Shown one piece after another: positions 1 to 10,127 of a stretch of 64,000 nucleotides of DNA. Location of the stretch: the NCBI GenBank assembly GCA_037127815.1, contig JBAXXP010000001.1, positions 16,936 to 80,935 of the forward strand, in the 5' to 3' direction. Every line of letters starts with the position of its first letter. Positions within the stretch are counted from its first letter, which is position 1. A model generated the notes under the pieces. That model saw only the letters and a program-made list of their open reading frames with translations, was not told the DNA's origin and ran no database searches. Position numbers and translations under genes: made by a program. Source of the stretch: a bacterium. Lineage in GTDB: Bacteria > Patescibacteriota > Minisyncoccia > Phycocordibacterales > CAIZLB01.

Positions 1-126
1 AAATTGTTGAACTGGAGCAACAGTTGGCACTTGGGATTCTGGATTACTACCAATGAACCACCAAATACCTCCGACTAGAATAAGTATTATAATCATCCAT
101 GAAGTTGTCTTTGCTGTATCAGTCAT
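1..126 (-). CDS. 5' part of a membrane-anchored or secreted protein running off the window edge
   Basis: ATG at 126 gives MTDTAKTTSWMIIILILVGGIWWFIGSNPESQVPTVAPVQQF, open to position 1, with a hydrophobic N-terminal segment. Confidence 0.6.
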   Translation of the reverse strand, partial: MTDTAKTTSWMIIILILVGGIWWFIGSNPESQVPTVAPVQQF

Positions 127-336
127 ATTTATATATTTAATATTAGAATTAATATCGGGCGCACGGTGCACAGCCACGATGAATATGGAAACCATGTAGC
201 GTTATACCGAACATGCCCCACCTAACTATTATACACCCCTGTCATCAAAAGGTGAATATCTCAAAGATTTCATAAATTCAAGGTCTCAAAAAAGGATTTC
301 GGGCAAACTCTCCAAACACATATCAATAATCACTAC

Positions 337-1500
337 TTAATGACTCTTTGCAGACTTCATAACAGCTTTTGCAACAACCTTCGCTACCCTTCTGTCAAAA
401 GGACTTGGTATTATATAGTCCTTTTTAAGCTCTGTTTTTTTAACGAGTGATGCGATTGCGTGAGCCGCAGCTAGTTTCATCTCATCTGTAATTTGTTTAG
501 CTCCAGAATCAAGGGCTCCACGGAAAATTCCAGGAAAAACCAAAACATTATTTATCTGATTTGGATAGTCTGAACGACCTGTTCCAAAGACAGCAATCTT
601 TGTTTGCTTCGCATCCTCATAAGATATCTCAGGATTTGGATTGGCCATTGCAAAAACAATTGGATTCTCTGCCATTTCACTCACCCATTCTTTTTTTAGA
701 GCTCCAGCAACCGATACACCAATAAACACATCGGCATCTTTAATTACAATATCAAGAAGCCCTTCTACCTTCTTCTTGTTTGTAATTTTTGCCATTTCAA
801 TTTTTGATGCATTTAATCCTTCTCTCCCTTCATAAATTGCACCCCTACTATCTACAATAATCATCTTCCCCGCTGTTATTCCAGCCTTGATAAGTAGTTT
901 TGAAACTGCTGTTGCTGCAGCTCCAGCTCCATTTACTACAACTTTAATATTTTTTATATCCTTCTTAATAATCTTTAGCGCATTTATTAATGCAGCAAGC
1001 ACAACAATTGCTGTACCATGCTGATCATCGTGAAAGACAGGAATATTCAATTCTTTCTTTAGACGCTCTTCAATATAAAAACAATTTGGCGCAGATATGT
1101 CTTCAAGATTAATTCCCCCAAATGTTGGTGCTAATAATTTTACGGCTTCAATAACTTTTTCTGGATCTTGTGTATCAAGACAAATTGGGAAAGCGTCTAC
1201 ATTTGCAAATTCCTTAAATAAAATAGACTTTCCTTCCATAACAGGCATCGCAGCATAGGGACCAATATTTCCTAGACCAAGAACCGCTGAACCATCCGTT
1301 ATAACCGCCACTGTATTGCCTCGCATTGTGTATGAATTAACCTGCTTTTGATCCTTATGAATTAAACGGCACACTTCCGCCACCCCCGGGGTATAAGCCA
1401 AAGATAAATCAATTTTTGTTTTAAGTGGAACTTTGGATTTTAATTCCATTTTTCCTTTATATTTCTTGTGAAGTGCTAATGATTTTTTATTGTAGTCCAT
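337..1500 (-). CDS. NAD(P)-dependent malic enzyme
   Basis: Motifs AYTPGVA, TDGSAVLGLGNIG, NLEDISAP, FHDDQHGTA, GAGAA, TGRSDYPNQINNVL. Confidence 0.95.
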   Translation of the reverse strand: MDYNKKSLALHKKYKGKMELKSKVPLKTKIDLSLAYTPGVAEVCRLIHKDQKQVNSYTMRGNTVAVITDGSAVLGLGNIGPYAAMPVMEGKSILFKEFANVDAFPICLDTQDPEKVIEAVKLLAPTFGGINLEDISAPNCFYIEERLKKELNIPVFHDDQHGTAIVVLAALINALKIIKKDIKNIKVVVNGAGAAATAVSKLLIKAGITAGKMIIVDSRGAIYEGREGLNASKIEMAKITNKKKVEGLLDIVIKDADVFIGVSVAGALKKEWVSEMAENPIVFAMANPNPEISYEDAKQTKIAVFGTGRSDYPNQINNVLVFPGIFRGALDSGAKQITDEMKLAAAHAIASLVKKTELKKDYIIPSPFDRRVAKVVAKAVMKSAKSH

Positions 1501-1553
1501 ACAGCAATTATATCACATTCAATTTAGCGACAAACATCAGAGTACACTACCTA

Positions 1554-1592
1554 TAAAAAACAACCCCGACAGCAATTACGCCGTCAGGGTTG
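1554..1592 (-). terminator. Intrinsic terminator after pyrC
   Basis: Minus strand CAACCCTGACGGC-GTAATT-GCTGTCGGGGTTG followed by TTTTTT. Confidence 0.75.
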
Positions 1593-1626
1593 GGGTTATT
1601 AAACTAAAACATCGATCCGATACCAA

Positions 1627-2712
1627 TCAGAACATCATCTTGCCATGAGGCCAATCCTGCAATTTCCAATTCAGAGTTGTTCCTCCCTTGAAGATTTGAA
1701 CCGGGCCTAATTTCATGGGGACTTCCCACGACTCACGCTTAATTGTCATAAACTCGGTAGATACCTCCATGTCATACAGATCAATGAAGTTCTCTGACAT
1801 GAATGGACCCAGATGTTTCAAGGCATTATCTTCATCGAAGATTGTTGTATATAATTCAACAGCATTTGGTGCAGTGAAGATACCAGCTGCACATCCGTAA
1901 CAATGAGACTTCGCAGCTTCATCATGAGGAGCAGAATCAGTTCCCGCTCCAAAACGAGGGTTTCCAGAAGTGACATGCTTCCGAACACGCATACGATGCT
2001 CTTCACGCTTAGGCACAGGTTTGCAATAGTTCCCTGGATTCATTCCACCCAAGAACATTGCATTCCTGTTGATCATCATGCCTTGAGGAGTAGCTGTTGC
2101 ATAAATTGGATGGTCAACCTCCGCTACAAAGTCTGCAGAACGTCCATCGGTAATGTGTTCAAACACAACCTTGAGCCCTGGGAAGACTTTTATCAACGGA
2201 ACCAAATCACGCTCAATGGAAACAATCTCGCGATCGAATTCATCAACCTCTCGCTCAGCCGCTTCAAAGTGACCAAGAAGTGGAATACCATGTTTCTCCA
2301 TCATTTCAAAGACAGGGTATCTTCCAAGAAGATTTCTGACTCCATGTTGGGATCCCGTTGTTCCCCCTTCTCCATTCTTGTCAGCCATATACAATTTGAC
2401 AGCAGTAAGATATCCAGTGTCAATCCACTTCTTGATTTCAGAGGCTGGAGTTGTGTCGGTGAGATACAACGCCAAACGCGGTTCAAAGTCACTCCACCAA
2501 GGAAGGGTTTCTTTGATTCGGCGATAATAAGCTTCAACCTTTTCCGGCGTATCAATCTGATCAGGATATTTCAGGTTAGGCATAATCAGCGCACCACTTG
2601 CCTGTTGGCAAACAGTAGCTGGCAATACCAGACTCATCACTTCTCCATCTCTCACATGTAAATGGCGATCAAACCATCTTTTAATCAAGATTTTATTTTG
2701 TTTTTCTTTCAC
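1627..2712 (-). CDS. pyrC: Dihydroorotase (homodimeric, E. coli-like type)
   Basis: HLHVRDG, IMPNL, KLY..GTTGS, FEHIT, CKPVPKREEHR, GTDSAPH, GCAAGIF. Confidence 0.9.
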   Translation of the reverse strand: MKEKQNKILIKRWFDRHLHVRDGEVMSLVLPATVCQQASGALIMPNLKYPDQIDTPEKVEAYYRRIKETLPWWSDFEPRLALYLTDTTPASEIKKWIDTGYLTAVKLYMADKNGEGGTTGSQHGVRNLLGRYPVFEMMEKHGIPLLGHFEAAEREVDEFDREIVSIERDLVPLIKVFPGLKVVFEHITDGRSADFVAEVDHPIYATATPQGMMINRNAMFLGGMNPGNYCKPVPKREEHRMRVRKHVTSGNPRFGAGTDSAPHDEAAKSHCYGCAAGIFTAPNAVELYTTIFDEDNALKHLGPFMSENFIDLYDMEVSTEFMTIKRESWEVPMKLGPVQIFKGGTTLNWKLQDWPHGKMMF

Positions 2713-2750
2713 GACTCAATTTCTTTCTATGTTTGTTTTGTTTTCTGCGT

Positions 2751-2803
2751 TTTGCGGTCAGACACACGATTCAGGTCTTCGACCAGAATCGCCTGACCCC
2801 AAA
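2751..2803 (-). repeat. Long (53 bp) variant of the TTTGGGGTCAGGC palindromic repeat
   Basis: Reverse complement TTTGGGGTCAGGCGATTCTGGTCGAAGACCTGAATCGTGTGTCTGACCGCAAA closely matches 61223-61275. Confidence 0.85.
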
Positions 2804-2805
2804 GA

Positions 2806-3705
2806 TTATTCCAACAAATGTGTTGGCTGATCCTGATGATTCAATTCCTCCACAATCGCTGTCGGCCTCCATGGAGTCCTTAAGTGAATTGCACCGAAGC
2901 TAATTGCAGCGGCTTTGAGAATTAAATTTGCATGTACAACGTCTTGATAGTTCATCACGCTCGGCACAATTACCGGAAGTGATCCTTGTCTGTAGAGCTG
3001 TTCAGCAGCCCTCCAATTAAGTTTTTGTGCTGGCTTCCCAGACACACCACCACCACCTCCACCAACTTTTTTCTCCAATCTCCAAAGAGGTGTTTCCTCA
3101 CCGTCAGGAAAGGCGGTTTTCCAAGGTATACTATTCAGAGCGATTGCTTCCGCAATGCCCTCCAGATCACTGGCGATAGTCAAATAGTCTTGGTCAACTG
3201 AAACCTTCACGATAACAGGGTGCCCAGACACTTCCTTCACAGCCTTAACAGCATCAACGACACTGCCAGCGTCTTGCAAAGCATCTCCAGAATTTGGACA
3301 TGAATAATTCACCTTGATTGCAACAAATGGATATCGGTTGAGCATCTTTGTCATTTCGACAAGCTCTTCCTTTGTTCCAAAAATTGAGGCAATTAGAGGA
3401 AATTTTACAAAATCATGAAATGGTGCAATTTCTTTACACCACCAATCAATTCCCTTGTTAGTCAATCCAATCTTGTTGACAGAGCCTCCACGAATCAAAC
3501 GCATGCAAGTCCAAGGATTCCACCAACGCAGATTTCCCGGACGAGGATGACGAGTCAGAGTTTTGATAACCACGGTAAAAAGCTCGGGTTTAATAATCCC
3601 AAGCCAAACCAATGGCCATTCCCAAAACCATCCTTTCCCATCAAAAGCGAGAGCCCCGCTTGCAACAACATATTTCAACTCATGTCCATTCGATAGTTTA
3701 ATCAT
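2806..3705 (-). CDS. pyrD: Dihydroorotate dehydrogenase (family 1-like, divergent)
   Basis: ASG, KT(L)T..PRPGN, N.IGL.N.G, NYSCPN, VKVS, GGVSG; adjacent to pyrC; start taken at ATG 3705 with GGAGG upstream. Confidence 0.8.
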   Translation of the reverse strand: MIKLSNGHELKYVVASGALAFDGKGWFWEWPLVWLGIIKPELFTVVIKTLTRHPRPGNLRWWNPWTCMRLIRGGSVNKIGLTNKGIDWWCKEIAPFHDFVKFPLIASIFGTKEELVEMTKMLNRYPFVAIKVNYSCPNSGDALQDAGSVVDAVKAVKEVSGHPVIVKVSVDQDYLTIASDLEGIAEAIALNSIPWKTAFPDGEETPLWRLEKKVGGGGGGVSGKPAQKLNWRAAEQLYRQGSLPVIVPSVMNYQDVVHANLILKAAAISFGAIHLRTPWRPTAIVEELNHQDQPTHLLE

Positions 3706-3840
3706 CTTATGTATTCCTCCAGTTTGTAGTTTTTGTTCAATTGTCAATTGTAAGGCCGTAGGACCGTTACAGGACGATGTCGATTTAATCGACTATACGG
3801 CAATCCTAGACTAAATAAGGCTTAAAAGCAAACCAAAATA

Positions 3841-5055
3841 CTATAAATTATTCTTCCTAATTCTATTCCCTGCAACAAACAAAAGTGTCAAAAAAACTAA
3901 AGCTGAAAATCCTATTCCCGCCCAAGCTATCCAGGGATATTGTTCAGTGAATCTACTTTCACTAGTGTCGCAAGCATCTCCAATTTTATCGCCATCAGTA
4001 TCTCTTTGATCATAATTTGGAACATCCCTACAATTATCTATGGAGTTAATTATTCCGTCTCTGTCATAATCATCACAAACATCCCCTCTTCCATTTTGAT
4101 CAATATCAAGCTGATCTCCATTGGCAACGTTTATACAATTATCTATTACATTAGGAACACCATCTCCGTCAGTATCACTTAGGACAAAAACTGGGTTCTC
4201 CAAAACAGCAGGCATTGAGATTTTCCTTACACCAAGAGACGATGAATAATTGGAGGCCTCTTCATAATTTGCATATATCTTAGGTGCAACTTCAGGATTT
4301 ACATAAATTACATACTCTTTTTTGGGAAGCGCTAAAAAACTTAAGGACTCTCCAGCATATGCATTTAATGTATCATTTAAATGAATCTCTGAAATTCTAA
4401 TAGGTTGAGCGTATTGTAGTTCTAAAATCCATTTGTTTGACAATGTTATTGGAAAGTTAATTTCATTTGAGGTTGGTTTGTAATTGTTTAGCAAGACAAT
4501 TTCTTTGCCATTTACGTATGCCTTCAATGTAACCAATGTAGGTAGTGAGACATACGAATCAAAAGATAAATTTAAAGAGTCAGACTTAATTGCTTTTGAA
4601 TAATTAATTGAAATTGCAGAAATACTTTTACTCTCTTCCTTATTAAGGTAGAAATCCTTCATCGTTTGATAATTATTATCAAACAAATCGTTTAGATTTT
4701 CATTAGTAGAAATATCTATTGCATTTACATTATTAACATTTATTTGATTATCTCTCGTGACCAAACTTGAAATAAATTTACCATCAGTTTTATTGTATAC
4801 ACCAAAAGAGTCACTACTGATTTGATTGATGTCTATGGGAATCTGTAAGAGTGTCGGAACTAATATATTTTGGGCAGGAACTTTCATATAGTTCTTATAC
4901 GCTTTAAATATCACCTCGTTTGTTGATGTGGCGACACTTGTCACAGGTTGCCAATCTTTTACAATCGCATATGCAGGCTTAAAACTTAAAATTAGGACGA
5001 ATGCTATTGCAAGACATGCTGTAACCGATGATTTTATAATTAGTTTTTTATTCAT
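3841..5055 (-). CDS. Exported, C-terminally anchored protein with thrombospondin type-3 (Ca-binding) repeats
   Basis: Signal peptide, [14 protein letters not shown] / [14 protein letters not shown] / [11 protein letters not shown] repeats, C-terminal TM helix. Confidence 0.8.
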   Translation of the reverse strand: MNKKLIIKSSVTACLAIAFVLILSFKPAYAIVKDWQPVTSVATSTNEVIFKAYKNYMKVPAQNILVPTLLQIPIDINQISSDSFGVYNKTDGKFISSLVTRDNQINVNNVNAIDISTNENLNDLFDNNYQTMKDFYLNKEESKSISAISINYSKAIKSDSLNLSFDSYVSLPTLVTLKAYVNGKEIVLLNNYKPTSNEINFPITLSNKWILELQYAQPIRISEIHLNDTLNAYAGESLSFLALPKKEYVIYVNPEVAPKIYANYEEASNYSSSLGVRKISMPAVLENPVFVLSDTDGDGVPNVIDNCINVANGDQLDIDQNGRGDVCDDYDRDGIINSIDNCRDVPNYDQRDTDGDKIGDACDTSESRFTEQYPWIAWAGIGFSALVFLTLLFVAGNRIRKNNL

Positions 5056-5091
5056 GTTTATTATTGTTTTTATTTTTACTGTGGACGTATC

Positions 5092-7020
5092 TTATTGTTG
5101 TTTTTTTGAAATAAAAGCTGTACTGATAAACATAACTCCCAAAATAATGAATGTAACAACACGTAATGCCAACTCCATTTGCCATACATCAACGAGTACT
5201 AATCTAAGTACAACCAAGACAAGAAGAACTCCTCCATACTTTTTTAGAATATCACTCCTGTTAAATAACCCAATAAAATACGTTCCTAATCCAATAACTG
5301 TATACATAAATAAGCTAACAAAGACCGCTGTATCTTGATTGAATATTACAGCGTGTGATGATAGCCAAATTATTACATAAAGATAAACTGTTGAGAATAT
5401 TAGTGATAAATGATAGAAATCAAATTCAGGCGCCATTGAGTCTTTTTCTTTATTTAACCTATAGAACATTCCAAGAGTAGCTAGAATTACTCCTATCAGA
5501 AATAGAACAAAGAAGTCAACATGGAACATTCCCATTCCCCTTTCATATTCCCAATTAGAAGAGAAAACACTCTCCAAGGACATCGCCATTGGTATAACCA
5601 TTAAAGCACCAAAGGCCTTTGATATTTTAATATTATTTGTTACCAAGAATGATGCGATAGAAACAATTGCCGCTTCAATAGCAAAAGCAATAATTAATGA
5701 TTTACCACTTAATTCTACAGATGTGGCTATCGCTAAAAACAAAACGGCAACTAGAGAATGTATATAGAATAGCTTTTCGTTTCTTGTAGCTTGAAATACA
5801 ATAAATCCTGAAACTCCGTATATCAACATCCACATAGATAACACAAGAGATTGATAAATCATAGGAACAAGACCTAGTGTAAGACCTAGAATAATTATTG
5901 TACTGACCACAGTTAGGAGTACATCATTTGAAGTAGCGCCAAACTCTACACTCTCTTCACTATTAACACCTCTATTTTTGGCCAATGCAACACTTCCATT
6001 TTCTGCGATTAGTGTATTGTCCTTTTTAATCAAACTCCAAGAACTAACAACAAGGTATAATAGTGATATTACGTATGCAAGTATAAGTGTTGTATATTTT
6101 GCAGAATCAGAGGCAAAGCTGTTTTGAGCATTCATCATTATAGGAAAACTGTAAAGTAGTATTCCAACTATTCCTATTGGATTACCAAATCTCCATCCCT
6201 TAACAATAGAAACCCAGATTGTAGAAATCGAAATAACAAGTAAATACAGGTAGATAGACACATAATCTAGATTCATTGATACATGAGATAGAACAGGAGC
6301 AAGAAGCGCTAATATTAGACCGTAAATTGCCAACTTTTCTACAGAGTATGCAAGGGCTGTAAGGCTTACATAGAACGAAACCAAGAATATTATTCCTAGC
6401 ACTATCATTGGAGAGAAAAATTGATAGAAATATTGTCCAGATAGAACAGAAATAATAACAAGAGCAGCACCTAATGCTGTAAACAAAACTCCCTGTGTTT
6501 CATCCTTACCAAGTCTAATTGTTCCAAAAATTGATATAAACGATCCTGCAACAATACCAATTGCAATTCTACCTACGGGACCAATCCAATCATGCATAAA
6601 TGCATAACTCACAAACCAACCAAAGCCAATTAGAATCATCAGTACTCCAAGTTTTAATAACCAGTTCTCTTGAATCCACGCAAGTACAGGATCAGGAGTA
6701 CTTGTTTCAGGCTGATTTACTCTGGCGGGTTGACGATAAATAGGCTGACCCATTTCCGTCACCCCAACATACGTATGCGTTTCAGGATTATTAGCCCCAT
6801 TTCTTTGTTCTGCATAATTTACGTCTGTTCGTTGAGAATCAGAAATTGAAACCTTAGATGAAGACTGCGAGACTCCTCCTTCTATTTCAGCAAGTTTCTG
6901 CTTAATCTTATAAACCTCTGACTTTAAATTCCGCACAGAACTACTTAAATCTGATGTCCTCGCGAGGAATATAATCCCTAAAATAATAAGTAAAAAATAA
7001 ATCATAAATATGATGAACAA
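5092..7020 (-). CDS. DUF2339-like polytopic membrane protein
   Basis: WLLKLGVLMILIGFGWFVSYAFMHDWIGPVGRIAIG signature, many TM helices, VDVW...RVVTFIILG C-terminus. Confidence 0.8.
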   Translation of the reverse strand: MFIIFMIYFLLIILGIIFLARTSDLSSSVRNLKSEVYKIKQKLAEIEGGVSQSSSKVSISDSQRTDVNYAEQRNGANNPETHTYVGVTEMGQPIYRQPARVNQPETSTPDPVLAWIQENWLLKLGVLMILIGFGWFVSYAFMHDWIGPVGRIAIGIVAGSFISIFGTIRLGKDETQGVLFTALGAALVIISVLSGQYFYQFFSPMIVLGIIFLVSFYVSLTALAYSVEKLAIYGLILALLAPVLSHVSMNLDYVSIYLYLLVISISTIWVSIVKGWRFGNPIGIVGILLYSFPIMMNAQNSFASDSAKYTTLILAYVISLLYLVVSSWSLIKKDNTLIAENGSVALAKNRGVNSEESVEFGATSNDVLLTVVSTIIILGLTLGLVPMIYQSLVLSMWMLIYGVSGFIVFQATRNEKLFYIHSLVAVLFLAIATSVELSGKSLIIAFAIEAAIVSIASFLVTNNIKISKAFGALMVIPMAMSLESVFSSNWEYERGMGMFHVDFFVLFLIGVILATLGMFYRLNKEKDSMAPEFDFYHLSLIFSTVYLYVIIWLSSHAVIFNQDTAVFVSLFMYTVIGLGTYFIGLFNRSDILKKYGGVLLVLVVLRLVLVDVWQMELALRVVTFIILGVMFISTAFISKKQQ

Positions 7021-7074
7021 TAAATAATTGGTAAATAATAAAACCTTCTTGTTTATAATTATACAACATTAAGC

Positions 7075-7118
7075 AAAACAAAACACCTCGCGTTTAAGCG
7101 AGGTGTTTTGTTTTTTTT
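7075..7118. terminator. Bidirectional intrinsic terminator
   Basis: AAAACAAAACACCTCGC-GTTTAA-GCGAGGTGTTTTGTTTT. Confidence 0.85.
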
Positions 7119-7132
7119 GAAATCAGTATTAC

Positions 7133-8740
7133 TTAGTCAATGAAAGTAAGAGCCTTACCTTTCTTATCACTTCTACCTGTTCTACCAATACGGTGAACAT
7201 AGTCATCATGAGTTTCAGGTAATTCATAGTTAATAACGTGAGATACGTTAGGTATATCAAGTCCACGTGCAGCAACGTCAGTTGCAACAAGCATTTGAAC
7301 TTCACCATCCTTGAAAGACTTTAGAGCACGTTGACGTTGAGTATGAACCTTGTCTCCGTGAATAGATGCTGCTTTGAAACCACGTTCTGCAAGCATTGTT
7401 GTTAGCTTCTCTACACCATGCTTTGTTCTTCCAAAAATAATAACCTTTTGAAATTCTGGATTGATCAATAGATCATGAAGAATATCAATTTTTGTTCCTC
7501 CCTTAACATAGACAACATCTTGATCAACGTTCTTTGCGGTATCTCTAGTTTTAACAGAAATACGAATTGGGTTTTTCAAGAAGTCATTAATGATTCTTTC
7601 AATATCAGGAGACAATGTAGCTGAGAAGAAAAGAGTTTGTCTTTCCTTTGGCATAAGACTCATAACGTATTTCATATCGTTAATGAATCCCATATCAAGC
7701 ATACGGTCAGCCTCATCAAGAACTAAGTTCTTGAAGTTTGAAAGATTTAATTTCTTTCGCTCGATAAGGTCCTTCAGACGTCCTGGAGTTCCAATTATAA
7801 AGTTGTTGAAATATCTTAGTTCAGAAATTTGTCTTCCGATTGGCGCTCCACCAACACAACAAACTGAATAGATTTTTAATCCTTTAATAAAAGATTGTAA
7901 TTCTTGATCAATTTGAATAGCTAGTTCACGAGTTGGGGCCATTATAATAGCCTGCTCATCAGGATTTATAAGAACCTTGTTTATAAGTGGTAAAAGAAAA
8001 GCTGCTGTTTTACCAGTACCTGTATTTGCAATACCTACCAAGTCTTCCCCATTAAGAATATGGGGAATTGTTTTATCTTGAATTGGTGAAGGTGTTATGT
8101 AACCTTTTGCGATTACACTTTTCTTTAGAGTTTCTTCGATTTTAAAATCGCTGAAAGTATTCTCTGGTACGTAAACCTCTACCTTGTCATCAGTTGTAGC
8201 TTTGTTGATGAATCTTGAAACATCAAGACGTGCACCACCTCTTGCTCCACCGCGACCACGGTTACCACCAAAGTTTCCTCTGCCACCGAATCTACTTGCT
8301 CCACCTCCAAATCCACCGCGTGAACCACCGTTTCCTCCGGCGTATCCACCACGACTTCCTGATGAAGCTCCGTATGAAGAACCTCCACCAAAAGATGAAC
8401 CGTCACGTGAACTTGCACGTGAGCTGTATGAAGAACCACCAGATGAACGTCCACCAGCAGATGATCCGCTGTATGAAGAACCACCATGACTTGCGCCAGA
8501 TGTTCCTCTTGATGATCCACCATAAGATGAACCACCACGTGATGCACCGTATGAAGAACCTCCAGATCTTGGGGCGCTTGATGAAGTGCTTTTATTTAAT
8601 GAACCACCGTATACACCAGTAAAAGCAGCGTTACTAGCTGATCTTGGAGCACTAGAACTACGAGGCGCTGATTTACGAGCTCCTCCTGTTGTACCACGAG
8701 TAATATTGTTTCTATTGCTAGAAGTTGTTTTATTATACAT
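7133..8740 (-). CDS. DEAD-box RNA helicase with long N-terminal Gly/Ser/Arg-rich region
   Basis: Q motif SPIQ, ANTGTGKT, PTRELA, LDEADRMLDMGF, SAT, ARGLD, HRIGRTGR. Confidence 0.95.
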   Translation of the reverse strand: MYNKTTSSNRNNITRGTTGGARKSAPRSSSAPRSASNAAFTGVYGGSLNKSTSSSAPRSGGSSYGASRGGSSYGGSSRGTSGASHGGSSYSGSSAGGRSSGGSSYSSRASSRDGSSFGGGSSYGASSGSRGGYAGGNGGSRGGFGGGASRFGGRGNFGGNRGRGGARGGARLDVSRFINKATTDDKVEVYVPENTFSDFKIEETLKKSVIAKGYITPSPIQDKTIPHILNGEDLVGIANTGTGKTAAFLLPLINKVLINPDEQAIIMAPTRELAIQIDQELQSFIKGLKIYSVCCVGGAPIGRQISELRYFNNFIIGTPGRLKDLIERKKLNLSNFKNLVLDEADRMLDMGFINDMKYVMSLMPKERQTLFFSATLSPDIERIINDFLKNPIRISVKTRDTAKNVDQDVVYVKGGTKIDILHDLLINPEFQKVIIFGRTKHGVEKLTTMLAERGFKAASIHGDKVHTQRQRALKSFKDGEVQMLVATDVAARGLDIPNVSHVINYELPETHDDYVHRIGRTGRSDKKGKALTFID

Positions 8741-8970
8741 ATTATTTAAGACTCTTTCTAAAAAGAAAGAGGTTTGATTTCCATTTATTTATGGAAAACT
8801 GAATTAGTCTTTAGAGATATACGTAAGGCGACTAGAAATCTCTAAAGTTTCGAAAAGTATATAGTTTGTGTGAAATATCCACGCAAAACCCATGAGAGAT
8901 TAACTTACCCCTGTAGTATGTACTATTTTGATGCTTTTGTCAAATGAGCGATTGGGTGCTTATTGAGCAA

Positions 8971-9001
8971 CCAAAAAACCCCGAGATTCGGGGTTTTTTG
9001 G
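8971..9001. terminator. Bidirectional intrinsic terminator
   Basis: CCAAAAAACCCCGA-GAT-TCGGGGTTTTTTGG. Confidence 0.85.
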
Positions 9002-9023
9002 TGTATTGAGATTAACTCTTTAC

Positions 9024-9221
9024 TTATGCGACTACTTCTTCTGCTGCTGGAGCAACTTCTTCAACTGGGGCTACTTCCTCTGCTGCAACTGTAGCAACTT
9101 CCTCTGTAGGAGCTTCTACTGTAGCATCAGCTGCAACCTCTGCAGAGGCCTCAACTGTAACCTCCGCTGCAACTACTGCATCATCAGCTACACCTGTAAC
9201 AATTGTTTGTTCATCTGTCAT
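9024..9221 (-). CDS. Small acidic low-complexity Ala/Glu/Val protein
   Basis: 65-aa ORF with EEVA/EEVV repeats, no basic residues, followed by its own terminator. Confidence 0.6.
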   Translation of the reverse strand: MTDEQTIVTGVADDAVVAAEVTVEASAEVAADATVEAPTEEVATVAAEEVAPVEEVAPAAEEVVA

Positions 9222-9289
9222 ATAATTATTATAAGATTAGATATTATTAAAAACGACCAAGGGAGTATACTACACATGTTCTGTATGTA

Positions 9290-10126
9290 CTAATTTATTA
9301 GTTTTTCTATAATTTTTTTTGTCTCCTCCGGTCCACTTACCTGAATACAATCAACACCCGTCATTTTTGCAGCATAGTCATTTCCTCCGGGAAATATTTT
9401 ATCACCAACAAAAACCATCTTGATGATTGGAATCTTCAAGAATTCTTCAAGTTTATGAATTCCATATGCTTTATTCACCCCTTTCATGGTTATATCAATT
9501 GATGTAGATCCACCCATTGATACATCAAAATTTGGAAGTCTCTCCTTAAGAATATCAACTGCAACCTTACGTTTTGCTCCATTTGGATCCCAAGCATTCT
9601 TAAGCTCAAGCGGGGCTTCTTGTCCAAGCGCCGAAAATGTTATTTGTGATTCCCTATCCTCAATAATTTGCCCATATGTTTTTTCTGGAGTTTCTATACC
9701 AGCTTCAAGTAATGCCTCCTTAAGCGTTTTCAAAATAGTTTTTTTGTCATCCTCAGATAAATTTTCTGAATACTCTTCATACCAGACTCCAACTGCACCC
9801 ACTTTTTTTCCGCCAGAATTTTCCCTTTCCCCTTCACGTTCACCAATCATCTTCCAAGAATAAAGTCTGGTACCTGAAGTAGGTAATAAAAATAAATTTT
9901 GAAAGTACTTTGCAGAAAGTTCATCTTTAGGCAAATTTCCTAAAAATTGTTTCTCAAATTGAGCATATTTTCCACCAGAAATAACAGCGACCTTTCTTCC
10001 TTCTAGGAGTTTAATAATTAGGCCTGCCATCTCACTATCCAGTGCAGACTTGCTGGCAGCAAGGGTTCCGTCTAAATCGAAAATGATTAACTCTTTCTCC
10101 AGACTACCTTTATGTTCTAAGCTCAT
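9290..10126 (-). CDS. HAD-IIB phosphomannomutase-like enzyme
   Basis: FDLDGTL, ISGG, IEDRESQITFSALG, GGSTSID, FVGDKIFPGGND. Confidence 0.85.
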   Translation of the reverse strand: MSLEHKGSLEKELIIFDLDGTLAASKSALDSEMAGLIIKLLEGRKVAVISGGKYAQFEKQFLGNLPKDELSAKYFQNLFLLPTSGTRLYSWKMIGEREGERENSGGKKVGAVGVWYEEYSENLSEDDKKTILKTLKEALLEAGIETPEKTYGQIIEDRESQITFSALGQEAPLELKNAWDPNGAKRKVAVDILKERLPNFDVSMGGSTSIDITMKGVNKAYGIHKLEEFLKIPIIKMVFVGDKIFPGGNDYAAKMTGVDCIQVSGPEETKKIIEKLIN

Positions 10127-10127
10127 A

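Noticed and set aside
1903-2661. 252-aa plus-strand ORF and other antisense ORFs (e.g. 8184-8622, 59877-60443, 61617-62264)
   Set aside because: They shadow well-supported genes on the other strand and have no recognisable motifs
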